A stretch of DNA of 64,000 bases from Polyangiales bacterium (GTDB lineage: Bacteria; Myxococcota_A; Polyangia; Polyangiales; Polyangiaceae). A program made the translations under genes and the position numbers. The notes beneath the pieces are model-generated. The model saw nothing but the letters and a program-made list of their open reading frames with translations. It was not told the DNA's origin and did not search any database. Positions within the stretch are counted from its first letter, which is position 1. Each line of letters begins with the position of its first letter. Shown here piece after piece: positions 17,698 through 29,168 of this stretch. Location of the stretch: the NCBI GenBank assembly GCA_038230375.1, contig JBBRNJ010000052.1, positions 1 through 64,000 of the forward strand, given 5' to 3'.

Positions 17698-18645
17698 TCA
17701 TGCCGTTTGCTCGCGCGGGCCACGAGGGGCCGACGGCGACGAGCGACGAATGCGCGGTGCACGCGCCAGCGCGCGGCGGATGGGCGAGAGCAGCAGCGCG
17801 TCGATGGCCACGCGCGACTCGCGCGACGGCGGACCGTCGTAGGGACCGCGGAGCTCCCCCTGCACGGGCGACACGAACACGACCTCCGCGCCTTGCTGCT
17901 TCACCACGAGCGCGGAGAAGAGCATCGCCGATGCGCCGCCCACCTCGTGGAACGTGGAGCTGCGCCATTCCAGCGGCAGCAGCAGGTCGAACGATCTGTC
18001 GTTCACCTCACCGCCGCCAGAGCGAACGACAAGGCTGGTGCCGTCGAGAAGGACGCGCTCGCCGCGAAGGCCCGATGCGAGCACGCGTGAGGAGGAGCGC
18101 GGCGAGATCTGCTCGCAGTAGCGCACCACCTCGAGCGCGTCGTCGGCCTCCAGGGATGCGGACTCTGACAGTACCTCGAACCCCGCGTCCGACATGGGCG
18201 AGCCCGCGCGCTTCACCTGCTCGATCGCGTTCATGCTCGCGCCGACCAGTCGCACGCGTACGCAGCGCACCTCGCGCGTGGTGGTGAACGCGAGCATGGC
18301 GTCCTTGCCGATGAGCCACGACACACCGAACGGGATGCCCCACTCGCAGAGCAAGATCGCGGACACGTCGTCCTCGCGATAGAGCCCACGCGGCGTTGCA
18401 ACCAGCGACGCGAGCACGCGGGAGCGACGTCGTCCGAGCGCAGACCACACGAGCACGCAGGCGGACAGCGCGCCAGCGATCACCCGCAGCGGCATGAACG
18501 GCACGCTCATCGCGATGACGAACAGGAGCGCCGCAGCAAATAGCTTGGGGGCCGGGTGCGGATGAACCGCGACGGTCCCCAGCGGCCAGCGCCTGATGAG
18601 GGTGTGCTTCTTATCTCCAAGAACGCGAGCCAAGGGGGTACTCAA
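17698..18645 (-). CDS. Hypothetical membrane protein
   Basis: 315-aa ORF with two N-terminal TM helices; start uncertain. Confidence 0.6.
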   Translation of the reverse strand: MSTPLARVLGDKKHTLIRRWPLGTVAVHPHPAPKLFAAALLFVIAMSVPFMPLRVIAGALSACVLVWSALGRRRSRVLASLVATPRGLYREDDVSAILLCEWGIPFGVSWLIGKDAMLAFTTTREVRCVRVRLVGASMNAIEQVKRAGSPMSDAGFEVLSESASLEADDALEVVRYCEQISPRSSSRVLASGLRGERVLLDGTSLVVRSGGGEVNDRSFDLLLPLEWRSSTFHEVGGASAMLFSALVVKQQGAEVVFVSPVQGELRGPYDGPPSRESRVAIDALLLSPIRRALARAPRIRRSSPSAPRGPREQTA

Positions 18646-18720
18646 ATTCGTAGCACCCGCCGCACGCTGGGCCCACCGGGAGCGGAAGTTAGGTGGGAGA
18701 CCCGCGCCAACCGCCGCGCG

Positions 18721-21201
18721 TCATTTGATGTTGGCGTCGTTGGGGTTCGGGTCCGCGGCGTCGGGCGTCCCATCACCGTCCACGTCACGCACGGGTGCCT
18801 TGAGCCCCGAAACCACGGGCGCTCCGCCCTTGAAGGCGGACGCGAAGAAACCGGACGCGGTGGCCTGGACCTCGCGGTACGACGTCTTCACCTGATACTG
18901 GGCAAGATCACGGAACGGCGGAGCAGTGGGCTCCTTCGCGTTGAAGGGGATCTCGTATCGGCGCGTCGCCTTCGAGTTGAACAGATCGTACCCGTGGCCG
19001 GCTGGGCTGACCTGGGCGAGGACAGCGGTCACTCCAGCGACCGGGGTGTCGTGGATACCCGTGGCGTCCGGTGCGACCTGCGCGAACGGAATGCGCTGCG
19101 GGTTGTTATCCAGGTTCTTGATGTCGAAGATGCCAGCGTTCGAGCCAACGTTGGGTGTGGCCATCCCGAAGCCCGCCGCGCGCGCCAGCGCCTCGTTGGA
19201 TTCGTTGGAGACGAGCTCGTCGTACAGCACCTCGATCTGGAGGACGTTACGCGGCTTCGTCGGCGCACCGGCGAGCTTGTGCGGGTCGGTCACGATGTGC
19301 GACGCGTAGATGATCGGGTCGCCCGCCTCGATGATGGTCTGGGCAATGCCCACGAACGGATGCGACTCGTCGAAGCGGTCGCCGACGAACCCGAAGTTGA
19401 TGGCGCCGGCGGCAGCGAGCTGGATGTTGATGATGGGGCCGTGTGCGCCGACCTCGGGCAAGATGCCGCCGCCCGCGACGTTCAGCACCCATGCGCGCGC
19501 GTTCGGCTCGATCGCGGCAGCGACCGCGCCCTGGATCCCGCCGAGCGAGTCCCCGAGGTAGCCAACCTTGTCCGGGTCCACCTTGGCAGTGACGCCGCTC
19601 CACGCGATAGGCGAGAGATCCGGATCGCTCCGCAGAAGGCGAATCACCTGCGCAGTGTCGAGCTCCGCCTGTCGCATCTGATCGCGCAGCGCGCCCATGT
19701 TCTTCAGGCCGCCGAAGAGATCGAACGGGCCGTTCGTGTCGCCCAGGTACGGGTCCGCGAAGCCGTCGGCGCCAGTGAACGTCGCGCCGGGCGCCATCGG
19801 GAAGTTGGAGGCGGTGTCCGTCTGGAAATGGGTCTCAGGGGCGCGCCCACCGAACGTGATGCTGTCGATCGCGGCGACGATGAAGCCGGCCTTGGTGAAG
19901 TTGTTGGCAACGTCGAGGAAGTCGGCGCGCGAGGCGGACAGCCCGTGCTGGAAGAGCACGGCGGGATAGCCAGTCGCAGGCATGGGTGTCGATGGGACCG
20001 CGAACGAGATCCAGATCTTCTCGGGCACTGCGACAGGTGGAGATGCGAACGTCGCGTGATCGAGCTCGTCGTAGCCACCGGGCTTGGAGACGAGGAAGCT
20101 CTGCGCGGTGAACGTGGCCGTTCCCACCGCGGCGATCTTGTCGTGCGCGCGGACGGCAAGATCACGGTCCGTGTCGTCGCTGCCGTCAGGGAGCTTGGCC
20201 GTGGCGACGCCGAGCCAGTCGTCGAGCGATGCGCTGAAGCCAGCAGGGAGCACGCCGCCGATCTTCTGCGCGAAGCAGGAGGCCTTCATGGGCGCCATGG
20301 AGGCGGAGTCCCACTTGAGCGCGGGCTTGGGGGTGCTCTCCATGGCGTCGCGCAGCGCGTAGAGCTCTTCCTCCACGTTCTGTGTGGTGTAGGGCGCGAG
20401 CGCGACGATCTGGGCGCCGTCCGAGGCGAGCGCAGAGGCGAGTGCGGCGGTCACCTTCGTGAAGGTTGTATTATACAAGTCACCGACCGGCGTACCCGCC
20501 ATCTGCCCGTTCACGGCGCGCTCGAAGGCGCTCGCACGGCCCACGCTGCGGCCTGTCTTGTCCTTCACGCGGCTGGTGAGCACTGCGGCGAACTGCTTGC
20601 CCGCGGGCAGCGGCTTGCCGCGCGGAGGCCCCACGGCGAGCGCAGGGTGGAGCTTGGACAGGCCGGTCTTCGGATGGAACGCCGCACGACACGGGAGGCG
20701 CGCAGCGGCCGGATCTGCAGCGCCCAGATCAATCAGGAACACGCTCGAGCCGTCGGCCACGCAGTCCGCCTCGGTGCGCGGCAGGCTCGCGGGGTCGACG
20801 TCGGCGGAGAGCGCGTCGCCGTTGTCGTCGGGGGCGACGGTGTTGTCGTCGATGTAGAAGGATGCGAGCGAGATGCGCGAGTAGCCGTTCTGCTTCGCGA
20901 GCTCGTGGGAGAGGAACTGCGGGCTCTGCTTCACGAGCCGGTCGAACCCCGGGATCGCATCGGTGTACTTCCCGTTCGTCAGATAGAGGTCCGACGGGAA
21001 TGGCACGTCCAGGAGCAGCGGAAGCGTGCCATCGGTGGGTAGGGAGAAGCGCGCGGAGATGGGAGCTTGCGTGGTGCCCTTGCTGTCGCCGCTCGTGCCG
21101 CACGCGAAGAAAACGAGGGCCGACGCCAGCGAGTACATCGCAATGGGCGCGACAATCGCCGATCGAGACGCGAAGGGGGAACGGCAAAGCATGCGCGGCA
21201 T
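18721..21201 (-). CDS. Large lipoprotein alpha/beta hydrolase (extracellular lipase-like)
   Basis: Lipobox FAC; VLFQHG oxyanion motif; GDSLGG nucleophile elbow; C-terminal DVDGDGTPDAADPNP calcium-binding-like repeat. Confidence 0.75.
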   Translation of the reverse strand: MPRMLCRSPFASRSAIVAPIAMYSLASALVFFACGTSGDSKGTTQAPISARFSLPTDGTLPLLLDVPFPSDLYLTNGKYTDAIPGFDRLVKQSPQFLSHELAKQNGYSRISLASFYIDDNTVAPDDNGDALSADVDPASLPRTEADCVADGSSVFLIDLGAADPAAARLPCRAAFHPKTGLSKLHPALAVGPPRGKPLPAGKQFAAVLTSRVKDKTGRSVGRASAFERAVNGQMAGTPVGDLYNTTFTKVTAALASALASDGAQIVALAPYTTQNVEEELYALRDAMESTPKPALKWDSASMAPMKASCFAQKIGGVLPAGFSASLDDWLGVATAKLPDGSDDTDRDLAVRAHDKIAAVGTATFTAQSFLVSKPGGYDELDHATFASPPVAVPEKIWISFAVPSTPMPATGYPAVLFQHGLSASRADFLDVANNFTKAGFIVAAIDSITFGGRAPETHFQTDTASNFPMAPGATFTGADGFADPYLGDTNGPFDLFGGLKNMGALRDQMRQAELDTAQVIRLLRSDPDLSPIAWSGVTAKVDPDKVGYLGDSLGGIQGAVAAAIEPNARAWVLNVAGGGILPEVGAHGPIINIQLAAAGAINFGFVGDRFDESHPFVGIAQTIIEAGDPIIYASHIVTDPHKLAGAPTKPRNVLQIEVLYDELVSNESNEALARAAGFGMATPNVGSNAGIFDIKNLDNNPQRIPFAQVAPDATGIHDTPVAGVTAVLAQVSPAGHGYDLFNSKATRRYEIPFNAKEPTAPPFRDLAQYQVKTSYREVQATASGFFASAFKGGAPVVSGLKAPVRDVDGDGTPDAADPNPNDANIK

Positions 21202-21271
21202 GTCGCAACGATAGGCCATGGACCTGCAAAATGGCAGGCGGAGGCGCGGTGGTTGCGCTACAACTTCGCCC

Positions 21272-21811
21272 ATGAACAAGGCGGGCAGGGTTCTTGTGGG
21301 CGCATTGTTCGTGGTTGGCGGTTGCGCCCTCTTCTCCGCTTGCGGGAGCACAGCGTCCAGCACCTCCGACGACGGCGGGGCTGACGGCGCGGGCCTGAAG
21401 GAGACCTCCACGGTCGACACGTCCGTCCCCGACACGTCGGCGTCTGCCGACAGCGCCACGTGCGATCTCGCCGTGGACCGGACCACCGAGATCCCCGACG
21501 CCGCGCTGGATGAAGCGGGCACCAAGTCGACCGGACTTTGCCTCGCCTGCGCGAACACGGCGAAGACCTGCAAGACCCAGATCGACAGCTGCAACGCCAA
21601 CTGCGACTGCAAGAGCATCGCCGGCAACGTCCTCACGTGCATCGCCAAGGGCGGTAGCCAGATCGCGTGCGCAGCCATGGCCGCTGGCGTCTCGTCGGAG
21701 GCGCAGACCATCGGCTACGCGCTCCTCGGCTGCGTCCAGAAGTACTGCGGCGCCGAGTGCTCGCCTCAGGCGCTCTCGGACGGCGGCGGCGACGCGGCGG
21801 ACGGCAGCTGA
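21272..21811 (+). CDS. Cys-rich lipoprotein
   Basis: Lipobox SAC; acidic DAG linker; CxxC...CxxxxCxxxC cysteine pattern. Confidence 0.75.
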   Translation: MNKAGRVLVGALFVVGGCALFSACGSTASSTSDDGGADGAGLKETSTVDTSVPDTSASADSATCDLAVDRTTEIPDAALDEAGTKSTGLCLACANTAKTCKTQIDSCNANCDCKSIAGNVLTCIAKGGSQIACAAMAAGVSSEAQTIGYALLGCVQKYCGAECSPQALSDGGGDAADGS

Positions 21812-21843
21812 TCGCGGCTGATCGCGGCTGATCCTGCAGCTGA

Positions 21844-23364
<1,521 letters not shown>

Positions 23365-23400
23365 GTGCGGCCCGTTCTACCAGCTCGCCCCGCGAGAGCG

Positions 23401-23760
23401 CTACGGCCAACCGAACAACTCGCGCGACGAAAGGCCCAGAAAGAGGCTGGATGCGTTCGCGGCGAGCGACAGGAGCAGCGGGTGGCGAACACCGAACGCT
23501 CGCAGCCAGACGGCCTCCACCACCACCGCGAAGGCCTCCGCACCGAACATGCTGGCCCATTCGTCCTGGAAGATGCGCGGAAACGCGAACCACACGAACG
23601 GATGCGTGAGCAGGCTGGCGCCGAACGCGATCGCGAGCCGCTTCCTCACGCCGCGCCCAGCGGGGGAGAAGGCACGAACCGAGTACAGCGGCACCTCGAC
23701 GAGCTCCGTGAATCCGAAGCCCGAGAGCCACGCGAGCGCTGACGACATCGCAACGGACAT
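23401..23760 (-). CDS. Small integral membrane protein
   Basis: 119 aa, about 4 TM segments, TELVEVPLY and LTHPFVWF motifs. Confidence 0.65.
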   Translation of the reverse strand: MSVAMSSALAWLSGFGFTELVEVPLYSVRAFSPAGRGVRKRLAIAFGASLLTHPFVWFAFPRIFQDEWASMFGAEAFAVVVEAVWLRAFGVRHPLLLSLAANASSLFLGLSSRELFGWP

Positions 23761-23776
23761 CGGCTAAAACCATAGC

Positions 23777-25375
23777 GTGGCTGGCAGGACGCTCGAGTTC
23801 GATTTCACGGAGCGGGCAGTGGAGCCCGAGCCCAAGGCCGAGCCCGAGCCCGAGCTGGTGCCCGCGCCGACCCCGGAGGCGCCGCCCGTCAGCACACTGC
23901 CCACGAGCGCAGAGCCTGCACGAGCGATCCCTGCGAGCGCGCCGCCCATCAGCGCCGAGCCCATCAGCCTGTCGCCCCCTACGAAGCGCATCGAGAGCGC
24001 GCATCCTGCTGAGGGCCCGCGCACCTTCAGCGTCGCCGAGCTGGGCCGCACCATTCGTCGCGCGCTCGACTCCGACTTCCGCACGGCCGTGTGGGTGGAA
24101 GGCGAGATCTCCGGTGCGCGACCGGCCGCCAGCGGACACATGTACTTTACACTCAAAGACGCGAAGGAGGACGCCTCCGTCGATGTCGCGATGTACAAGT
24201 CCAGCCTGACGCCGCGCGGTCGCGCCTGCATCAAGGATGGCAACCACGTGCGGCTGCGGGGACGACCGCAGTTCTATGCGCCGCGCGGCCGCCTCCAGCT
24301 GATCTGCGATGCCGTGGAGCTCGCCGGCGCCGGAGCGCTGCTGGTCGCGCTCGAGAAGCTGAAGGCGAAGCTCGCCGCCGAGGGCCTCTTCAAGATCGAG
24401 CGCAAACGCCCGCTCCCCCATGCGCCACGTCGCATCGGCGTGGTCACGTCGCAGACCGGCGCTGTCATCCACGACATCGCAAAGGTGGCATTCCAGCGGG
24501 GCGGCGCCAGCATCTTGCTCGCACCTGCCCTTGTCCAGGGCGCCGGTGCCGCGCGCTCGGTGATGTTCGCGCTCGCTGCCCTTTCGCGGGTTCCCGACGT
24601 GGACGTGATCATCGTGGGCCGTGGCGGTGGCTCCGCCGACGACCTCTCGGCCTTCAACGACGAGGACCTGGTGCGCGCCGTGGCCGCTTGCCGCGTACCC
24701 ATCGTGAGCGCCGTCGGTCATGAGGTGGACGTCACGCTCGTGGACTTCGCGGCGGATGCGCGCGCGGCCACGCCCTCGCAGGCGGCGGAGATGACGGTGC
24801 CGGATGTGCGCGCCGAGCTGCGGCTGCTTCGCGAACAGGAGCTCCGCCTCCGGCGGCTCGAAACGGCCCGGCTCGCGGGGGAAGGCCACGAGCTGTCATC
24901 GCTCGTCCGGCGGTTGCCGGACCCCGTGCGCTTCATCGGCGACCTGCGTCAGGGCGTGGACGATCTGAAAGCCGACATGACAGAGCTCTCGCTCGCACGT
25001 GTGCGCGCCGAGCACGCGGCAGTGGATGGCCTGGAGAAGCGGCTCACGCGACGCCACCCGCGGGCCGTGCTGGCGAAGGAACACGCGGACCTGGTGCAAC
25101 GGCGCGCGCGGATGGAGCAGCGCCTTGCACGGCGCATGTCGCAGGAGCGTGAGGACCTCACAGGCCTGTTCGGCCGCCTGGACGCCATGAGCCCGCTGAA
25201 GGTGCTCGCGCGCGGCTACGCGATCGCCACGCACACGGATGGTCGCGCCGTCCGCAGCAGCGCCGAGCTCACGCTCGGGGAGCCGGTGCGCGTGCGCATC
25301 CACGAGGGCGCGTTCTCCGCGACCGTCACGGACATCATGCAGGCCGGCGGCCAGAAGAAACCTGGCGAGCCCTGA
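23777..25375 (+). CDS. xseA: Exodeoxyribonuclease VII large subunit
   Basis: VWVEGEIS..SGHMYFTLKD, GRGGGSADDLSAFNDE, SAVGHEVD, AATPSQAAE, SPLKVLARGY; Pro-rich N-terminal extension. Confidence 0.95.
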   Translation: MAGRTLEFDFTERAVEPEPKAEPEPELVPAPTPEAPPVSTLPTSAEPARAIPASAPPISAEPISLSPPTKRIESAHPAEGPRTFSVAELGRTIRRALDSDFRTAVWVEGEISGARPAASGHMYFTLKDAKEDASVDVAMYKSSLTPRGRACIKDGNHVRLRGRPQFYAPRGRLQLICDAVELAGAGALLVALEKLKAKLAAEGLFKIERKRPLPHAPRRIGVVTSQTGAVIHDIAKVAFQRGGASILLAPALVQGAGAARSVMFALAALSRVPDVDVIIVGRGGGSADDLSAFNDEDLVRAVAACRVPIVSAVGHEVDVTLVDFAADARAATPSQAAEMTVPDVRAELRLLREQELRLRRLETARLAGEGHELSSLVRRLPDPVRFIGDLRQGVDDLKADMTELSLARVRAEHAAVDGLEKRLTRRHPRAVLAKEHADLVQRRARMEQRLARRMSQEREDLTGLFGRLDAMSPLKVLARGYAIATHTDGRAVRSSAELTLGEPVRVRIHEGAFSATVTDIMQAGGQKKPGEP

Positions 25376-25391
25376 GGCTCGTGGAACGAAC

Positions 25392-26264
25392 ATGAAATTC
25401 GGTTTGATAGGCGACCCCGTCGCGCACTCTCTGAGCCCGGTCATGCACGCGAGCGCATACCGCGCCCTCGCCATGAACCACACGTACGAGGCGCACCAGG
25501 TCGCCTCCGCGGACGTGGGCGCGTGGGTCGCGCGCGTTCGGTCGGGCGAGCTCCGCGGGCTCAACGTGACGGTCCCCCACAAGGAGGCCGTGCTCGCCTT
25601 CGCAGATCGCGTGGACGAGAGTGCGCGCGCCGTGAGGGCTGCCAATACGCTCGCGAACGAGGACGGCGCCGTCGTGGCCTACAACACCGACGTTCCCGCG
25701 CTCGCGGCAGAGGTGTCCGCGCTGGCGCCCGAGCTCACGCCGGCGGACTGGGCACACGGCACTGGCATCATCCTGGGCTCCGGAGGCACCGCGCGCTCCG
25801 CCGTGGCCTCGCTTTCGATGCACCTGCGGCTGCGCAAGCTCATCGTGCGCGCACGCGCCTTTTCGACAGATGCATCATGCACGCAATTCCGTGAGGCTGT
25901 CGCAGACGTGCTGGGCAAGACGGAGCTGTGCATGGAGCCGCTCCTCATCTTGACCTCACCGCGAACGGCGCCGGAAGAGCCTTTTGTGCTCGCGGTCGTG
26001 CAGGCCACCAGCGCGGGCATGACGGGCAAGGAAGGTGGGGAGCTGGTGGCGCGCGCGGTGTCGTTCTCGTCCTTGCCGGCGCGTGCTGCCGCGCTGGAGG
26101 TCATCTACGCGCCGCTGCGCACGGAGTTCATCTTGGAGGCGCAGCGAGCGGGTATCCGCACGGGAAACGGCCTTGGGATGCTCGCGCGCCAGGGCGCACT
26201 CTCATTCGAGATCTGGCTGGGAGTACCGGCGCCTTACAACGCGATGCTGTCGGCGATCGTGTAG
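25392..26264 (+). CDS. aroE: Shikimate dehydrogenase
   Basis: GDPVAHSLSPVMH, GLNVTVPHK, AANT, NTD, GSGGTA and GLGMLARQG motifs. Confidence 0.93.
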   Translation: MKFGLIGDPVAHSLSPVMHASAYRALAMNHTYEAHQVASADVGAWVARVRSGELRGLNVTVPHKEAVLAFADRVDESARAVRAANTLANEDGAVVAYNTDVPALAAEVSALAPELTPADWAHGTGIILGSGGTARSAVASLSMHLRLRKLIVRARAFSTDASCTQFREAVADVLGKTELCMEPLLILTSPRTAPEEPFVLAVVQATSAGMTGKEGGELVARAVSFSSLPARAAALEVIYAPLRTEFILEAQRAGIRTGNGLGMLARQGALSFEIWLGVPAPYNAMLSAIV

Positions 26265-26315
26265 CACTGCCGGAACTGAGAACTGGGACGCAACTTCCCA
26301 CAGTAGAACCAGGGG

Positions 26316-27302
26316 CTAGGCAGAGACCTCCAGGACGAATTTGCCGACGCCCTCGTTCGCCGCGACACGCGTGTGGGCCTCGCCCACGTCGCGCAATGCA
26401 AGCACCGCGTGGACGCACGGCTTGATGAGGCCGCGCTGGATGAGCGGGACGATATTGCGTTCCAGGAGCTGCGCCGCCGCGATCTTCTCCGCAAGCGGAC
26501 GGGACCGAAGCGCGGTGCCCCGCAGCGTGATGCGCTTGCGCAGGATCAGACCCAGGTTCAGATCGCCCTGCGCTCCGCCGGTGAGCCCCACGAGGATGAT
26601 GCGACCCTGGTGCGCCGCTGCCTGCAGATCTTCGGCGACGTAGGCGCCACCGACCAGCTCCAGGATGACGTCGGCGCCGCGCCCCTTCGTGGCCTCGCGC
26701 ACCGCATCCGCGAACGTGGCGTCCGTGACCGCGAGGCCCACGTCCAGGCCAAGCGCGATCGCGGGCGCAAGCTTCTCCTTCGTGCGCGACGTGCCTATCG
26801 TTCGTGCGCCGATCGCCCGCGCGATCTGCACCGCGGCCGTGCCCACGCCGCTCGCGACCGCGGAGATGAGCACCCATTCGCCCGCGCAGAGGCCGCCCTG
26901 CGTGATCATCGCGTCGTACGCCGTGATGGTGGCCTCGGGGAGCGAGGCCGCATCCGTGTAGGAGAGAGCATCCGGAATCTTCACCATCGTCTCTGCATGC
27001 GCCCGCACCTTCTCTGCATACGCGCCGCCGCCGACAAGACCGAAGACCCGATCGCCCTTCGCCAGGTTGCGGACGCGCGCCCCGATGGCGCTCACCTCGC
27101 CGGCGAGCTCGAGCCCCGGAATGTCGGGCGGGACGTCGGGCGGCGCGGGGTATCCGCCCATGCGCTGGATGAGGTCCGCGCGGTTCACGGCGGTGGCGCG
27201 CACGGTGATCTCGACCTCGTCCGGCCCGATCACGGGATCGGGCACCTCCTTCAGCTTGAGGACTTCAGGCCCACCGAACCCATCAAGGACGATCGCTTTC
27301 AC
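26316..27302 (-). CDS. NAD(P)H-quinone oxidoreductase (zeta-crystallin/PIG3 family)
   Basis: GFGGPEVL, AVNRADLIQRMGGYP, PGLELAGEV, ASGVGTAAVQ; GTG start at 27302. Confidence 0.9.
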   Translation of the reverse strand: MKAIVLDGFGGPEVLKLKEVPDPVIGPDEVEITVRATAVNRADLIQRMGGYPAPPDVPPDIPGLELAGEVSAIGARVRNLAKGDRVFGLVGGGAYAEKVRAHAETMVKIPDALSYTDAASLPEATITAYDAMITQGGLCAGEWVLISAVASGVGTAAVQIARAIGARTIGTSRTKEKLAPAIALGLDVGLAVTDATFADAVREATKGRGADVILELVGGAYVAEDLQAAAHQGRIILVGLTGGAQGDLNLGLILRKRITLRGTALRSRPLAEKIAAAQLLERNIVPLIQRGLIKPCVHAVLALRDVGEAHTRVAANEGVGKFVLEVSA

Positions 27303-27358
27303 GCCATCGAAGATAGCTCTTTGTGTTCCGCATGCATCGATGACAAAAGGCATGCGAC

Positions 27359-27991
27359 ATGACACGTGTCGTCCGGCCCATCGTTCGAAGCTTTCACGCG
27401 CGGTTCGACAAGGAGTGCATCGCCTGGGTGATGAAGGGCGGGCACGCCGTCTACTGGGAGAGCTCCACGCGCGCGCGCCTGGTGATCCCCACGCCGGCAA
27501 AGGGCGACATCGGCGACCTTGGCTACTGGTCCGTGCTGGACCTGGGCAAGAACACCTACGAGACCCACGTGACGGGACGCTTTCGCGGGCTCTCTTCGCT
27601 GCGCGTGCCGCGCTCCTGCAACGCCATCGTGAGAAGGCGGGCCACGCGCGATTCGGTCCATCCGGGCCCGCATCGCACGGTCAACTTCGACTGCCTCGAG
27701 TGCGGCTCGTGCTGCAAGGACAACGAGGTGATCCTGGAGCCGGCCGATTTCGCGCGCTTCGAGGAAGGCGGGCGCCCCGAGCTGGGAAGGGCGCCGCTGG
27801 CCAAGAAGCGCGGCAAGCAGACGGTCCTCACGCTCCTGCGCTCGAAGGACTGCCGTCACCTGGGGCACGACCTGAAGTGTGGAATCTACACGCTTCGTCC
27901 GAACGCCTGCCGCGAGTTCCCCGTCGCCAGCGAGTGCTGCCTCTTCGCGCGCCAGGACGGCCTGGGCGTGGTGGACGGCGCACTCGACTGA
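27359..27991 (+). CDS. YkgJ-family cysteine-cluster protein
   Basis: FDCLECGSCC...CRHL....CGIYTLRPNACREFP. Confidence 0.85.
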   Translation: MTRVVRPIVRSFHARFDKECIAWVMKGGHAVYWESSTRARLVIPTPAKGDIGDLGYWSVLDLGKNTYETHVTGRFRGLSSLRVPRSCNAIVRRRATRDSVHPGPHRTVNFDCLECGSCCKDNEVILEPADFARFEEGGRPELGRAPLAKKRGKQTVLTLLRSKDCRHLGHDLKCGIYTLRPNACREFPVASECCLFARQDGLGVVDGALD

Positions 27992-28013
27992 ACCTGCGCC
28001 GCGCGGACCTGCG

Positions 28014-29090
28014 TCACATCTGAACGCCGCTGCACGCGGCGACACCAGAGCCGTCGTGGATCCGGACGGCGCTCGCGGCGAACGTTGCGGCGAACCACAT
28101 GCTGTCTCTGCAACCACCTGCGGCCTTGGTCAGGGAGCAGTAGTCGCCAAGGGCGGGCACCTTGCCTGCTGCGTCGCGCGTGCAGCGGTGCGTGGTCGCG
28201 TCGCGGGCACCCGAGCCCAGGAGCACGACGCACAGCGATTCGTCGGACAGGTCGGCGAGCACGATCTGGTCTGCCTCCTCCAGCGTCATGTAGCCCGCGA
28301 GCGCGCCTCCGGACCGCCACTTGTCCCGCCCGCTCCGTGCGGCGCACGTGGAGTCCAGCGCGGCGCGGTCGAGCGAGCCGATGCAGTCCTCCGTGGAGAG
28401 CGACACATCGGCGAGACGCGCGTCATGAATGGAGAGCACCTGCGCGCTGCGTGGATCGCTCGTGTGGAACACGGGCAGCCGGAGGTCCATGGGCGCCGTC
28501 GTCGCGAACGCCGTGCCGCTCCAGGTGATCGGCGCACGCGCCGACGACACGGACGCGCCCTGCGGCGTCCTCATGCGCGCAAAGCAATATCCGTCCGCAA
28601 CTGGATCCGCCGGGGGAGCGCCGCCAAACGTCAGCGCGCCCGTCTCACGGTCCACGCGCAGGAGCCAGTTCCAGAGACCGGTGCCTGTCTCGCCGCACTG
28701 TCGCCAGTCGAGGTCGACTCGGCTCTGGATCAGCGCGGCTTGCATCGGTCCTTCACGAAGCGCACGGGGCGCAACGACAGAGAGCTGACGCATGCGGAAG
28801 TCCATCGCGGTCCTTCCCTGGTTCCGCGCGAGCGGCAAGCACGTGTTGGCGTCGCCACAGCTCGGCAAAAACGCGCAGGACGAGAGCTGCGGTTCCGTGG
28901 TCGTCGCGGTCGTGACGGTCGCGCAGTCGGTGCGCGGCATTTCTCCTGGCGCGACCGCGCATGGATCGTCCGTGACGGTGGCGCTGCGCAGATGCGGGTC
29001 GTCCGCGCACGCGGAGAGCGCAAGGAGCGCCCCGAGAGCCGCGAGCAGTTGCCGTTTCGGCGCCTGGGCTCCATAAAGCGGATGTTGCAT
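28014..29090 (-). CDS. Cys-rich lipoprotein, function unknown
   Basis: Lipobox LSAC; GGAGG RBS; many Cys residues. Confidence 0.72.
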   Translation of the reverse strand: MQHPLYGAQAPKRQLLAALGALLALSACADDPHLRSATVTDDPCAVAPGEMPRTDCATVTTATTTEPQLSSCAFLPSCGDANTCLPLARNQGRTAMDFRMRQLSVVAPRALREGPMQAALIQSRVDLDWRQCGETGTGLWNWLLRVDRETGALTFGGAPPADPVADGYCFARMRTPQGASVSSARAPITWSGTAFATTAPMDLRLPVFHTSDPRSAQVLSIHDARLADVSLSTEDCIGSLDRAALDSTCAARSGRDKWRSGGALAGYMTLEEADQIVLADLSDESLCVVLLGSGARDATTHRCTRDAAGKVPALGDYCSLTKAAGGCRDSMWFAATFAASAVRIHDGSGVAACSGVQM

Positions 29091-29111
29091 GGTGAGTGTC
29101 CTCCGAGCTCG

Positions 29112-29154
29112 AACGTAGGGCCCGGCTCTTCGCGACATTGTCGCCCCCGCGACA
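29112..29154 (-). promoter_or_regulatory. Crp/Fnr-type operator TGTCG-N6-CGACA (29139-29154) with -10 TACGTT (29117-29112)
   Basis: Perfect 5-6-5 palindrome centred at -41.5 relative to the +1 implied by the -10 box; lies between a Crp/Fnr gene and its divergent neighbour. Confidence 0.65.
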
Positions 29155-29168
29155 CATCCTCCATTTCA

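Noticed and set aside
18556..21042. Long antisense ORFs (e.g. 18556-21042, 49788-52400, 4498-6063)
   Set aside because: Typical high-GC shadow frames opposite well-supported genes, with Arg/Gly-rich composition and no motifs.
23777..25375. Missing xseB next to xseA as an anomaly
   Set aside because: xseA and xseB are frequently unlinked, so xseB may lie elsewhere.
29139..29160. TGTCGC-N10-CATCCT as a PafBC-type WYL target promoter
   Set aside because: The match is imperfect, and the full palindrome with -41.5 geometry beside a Crp/Fnr gene explains the site better.
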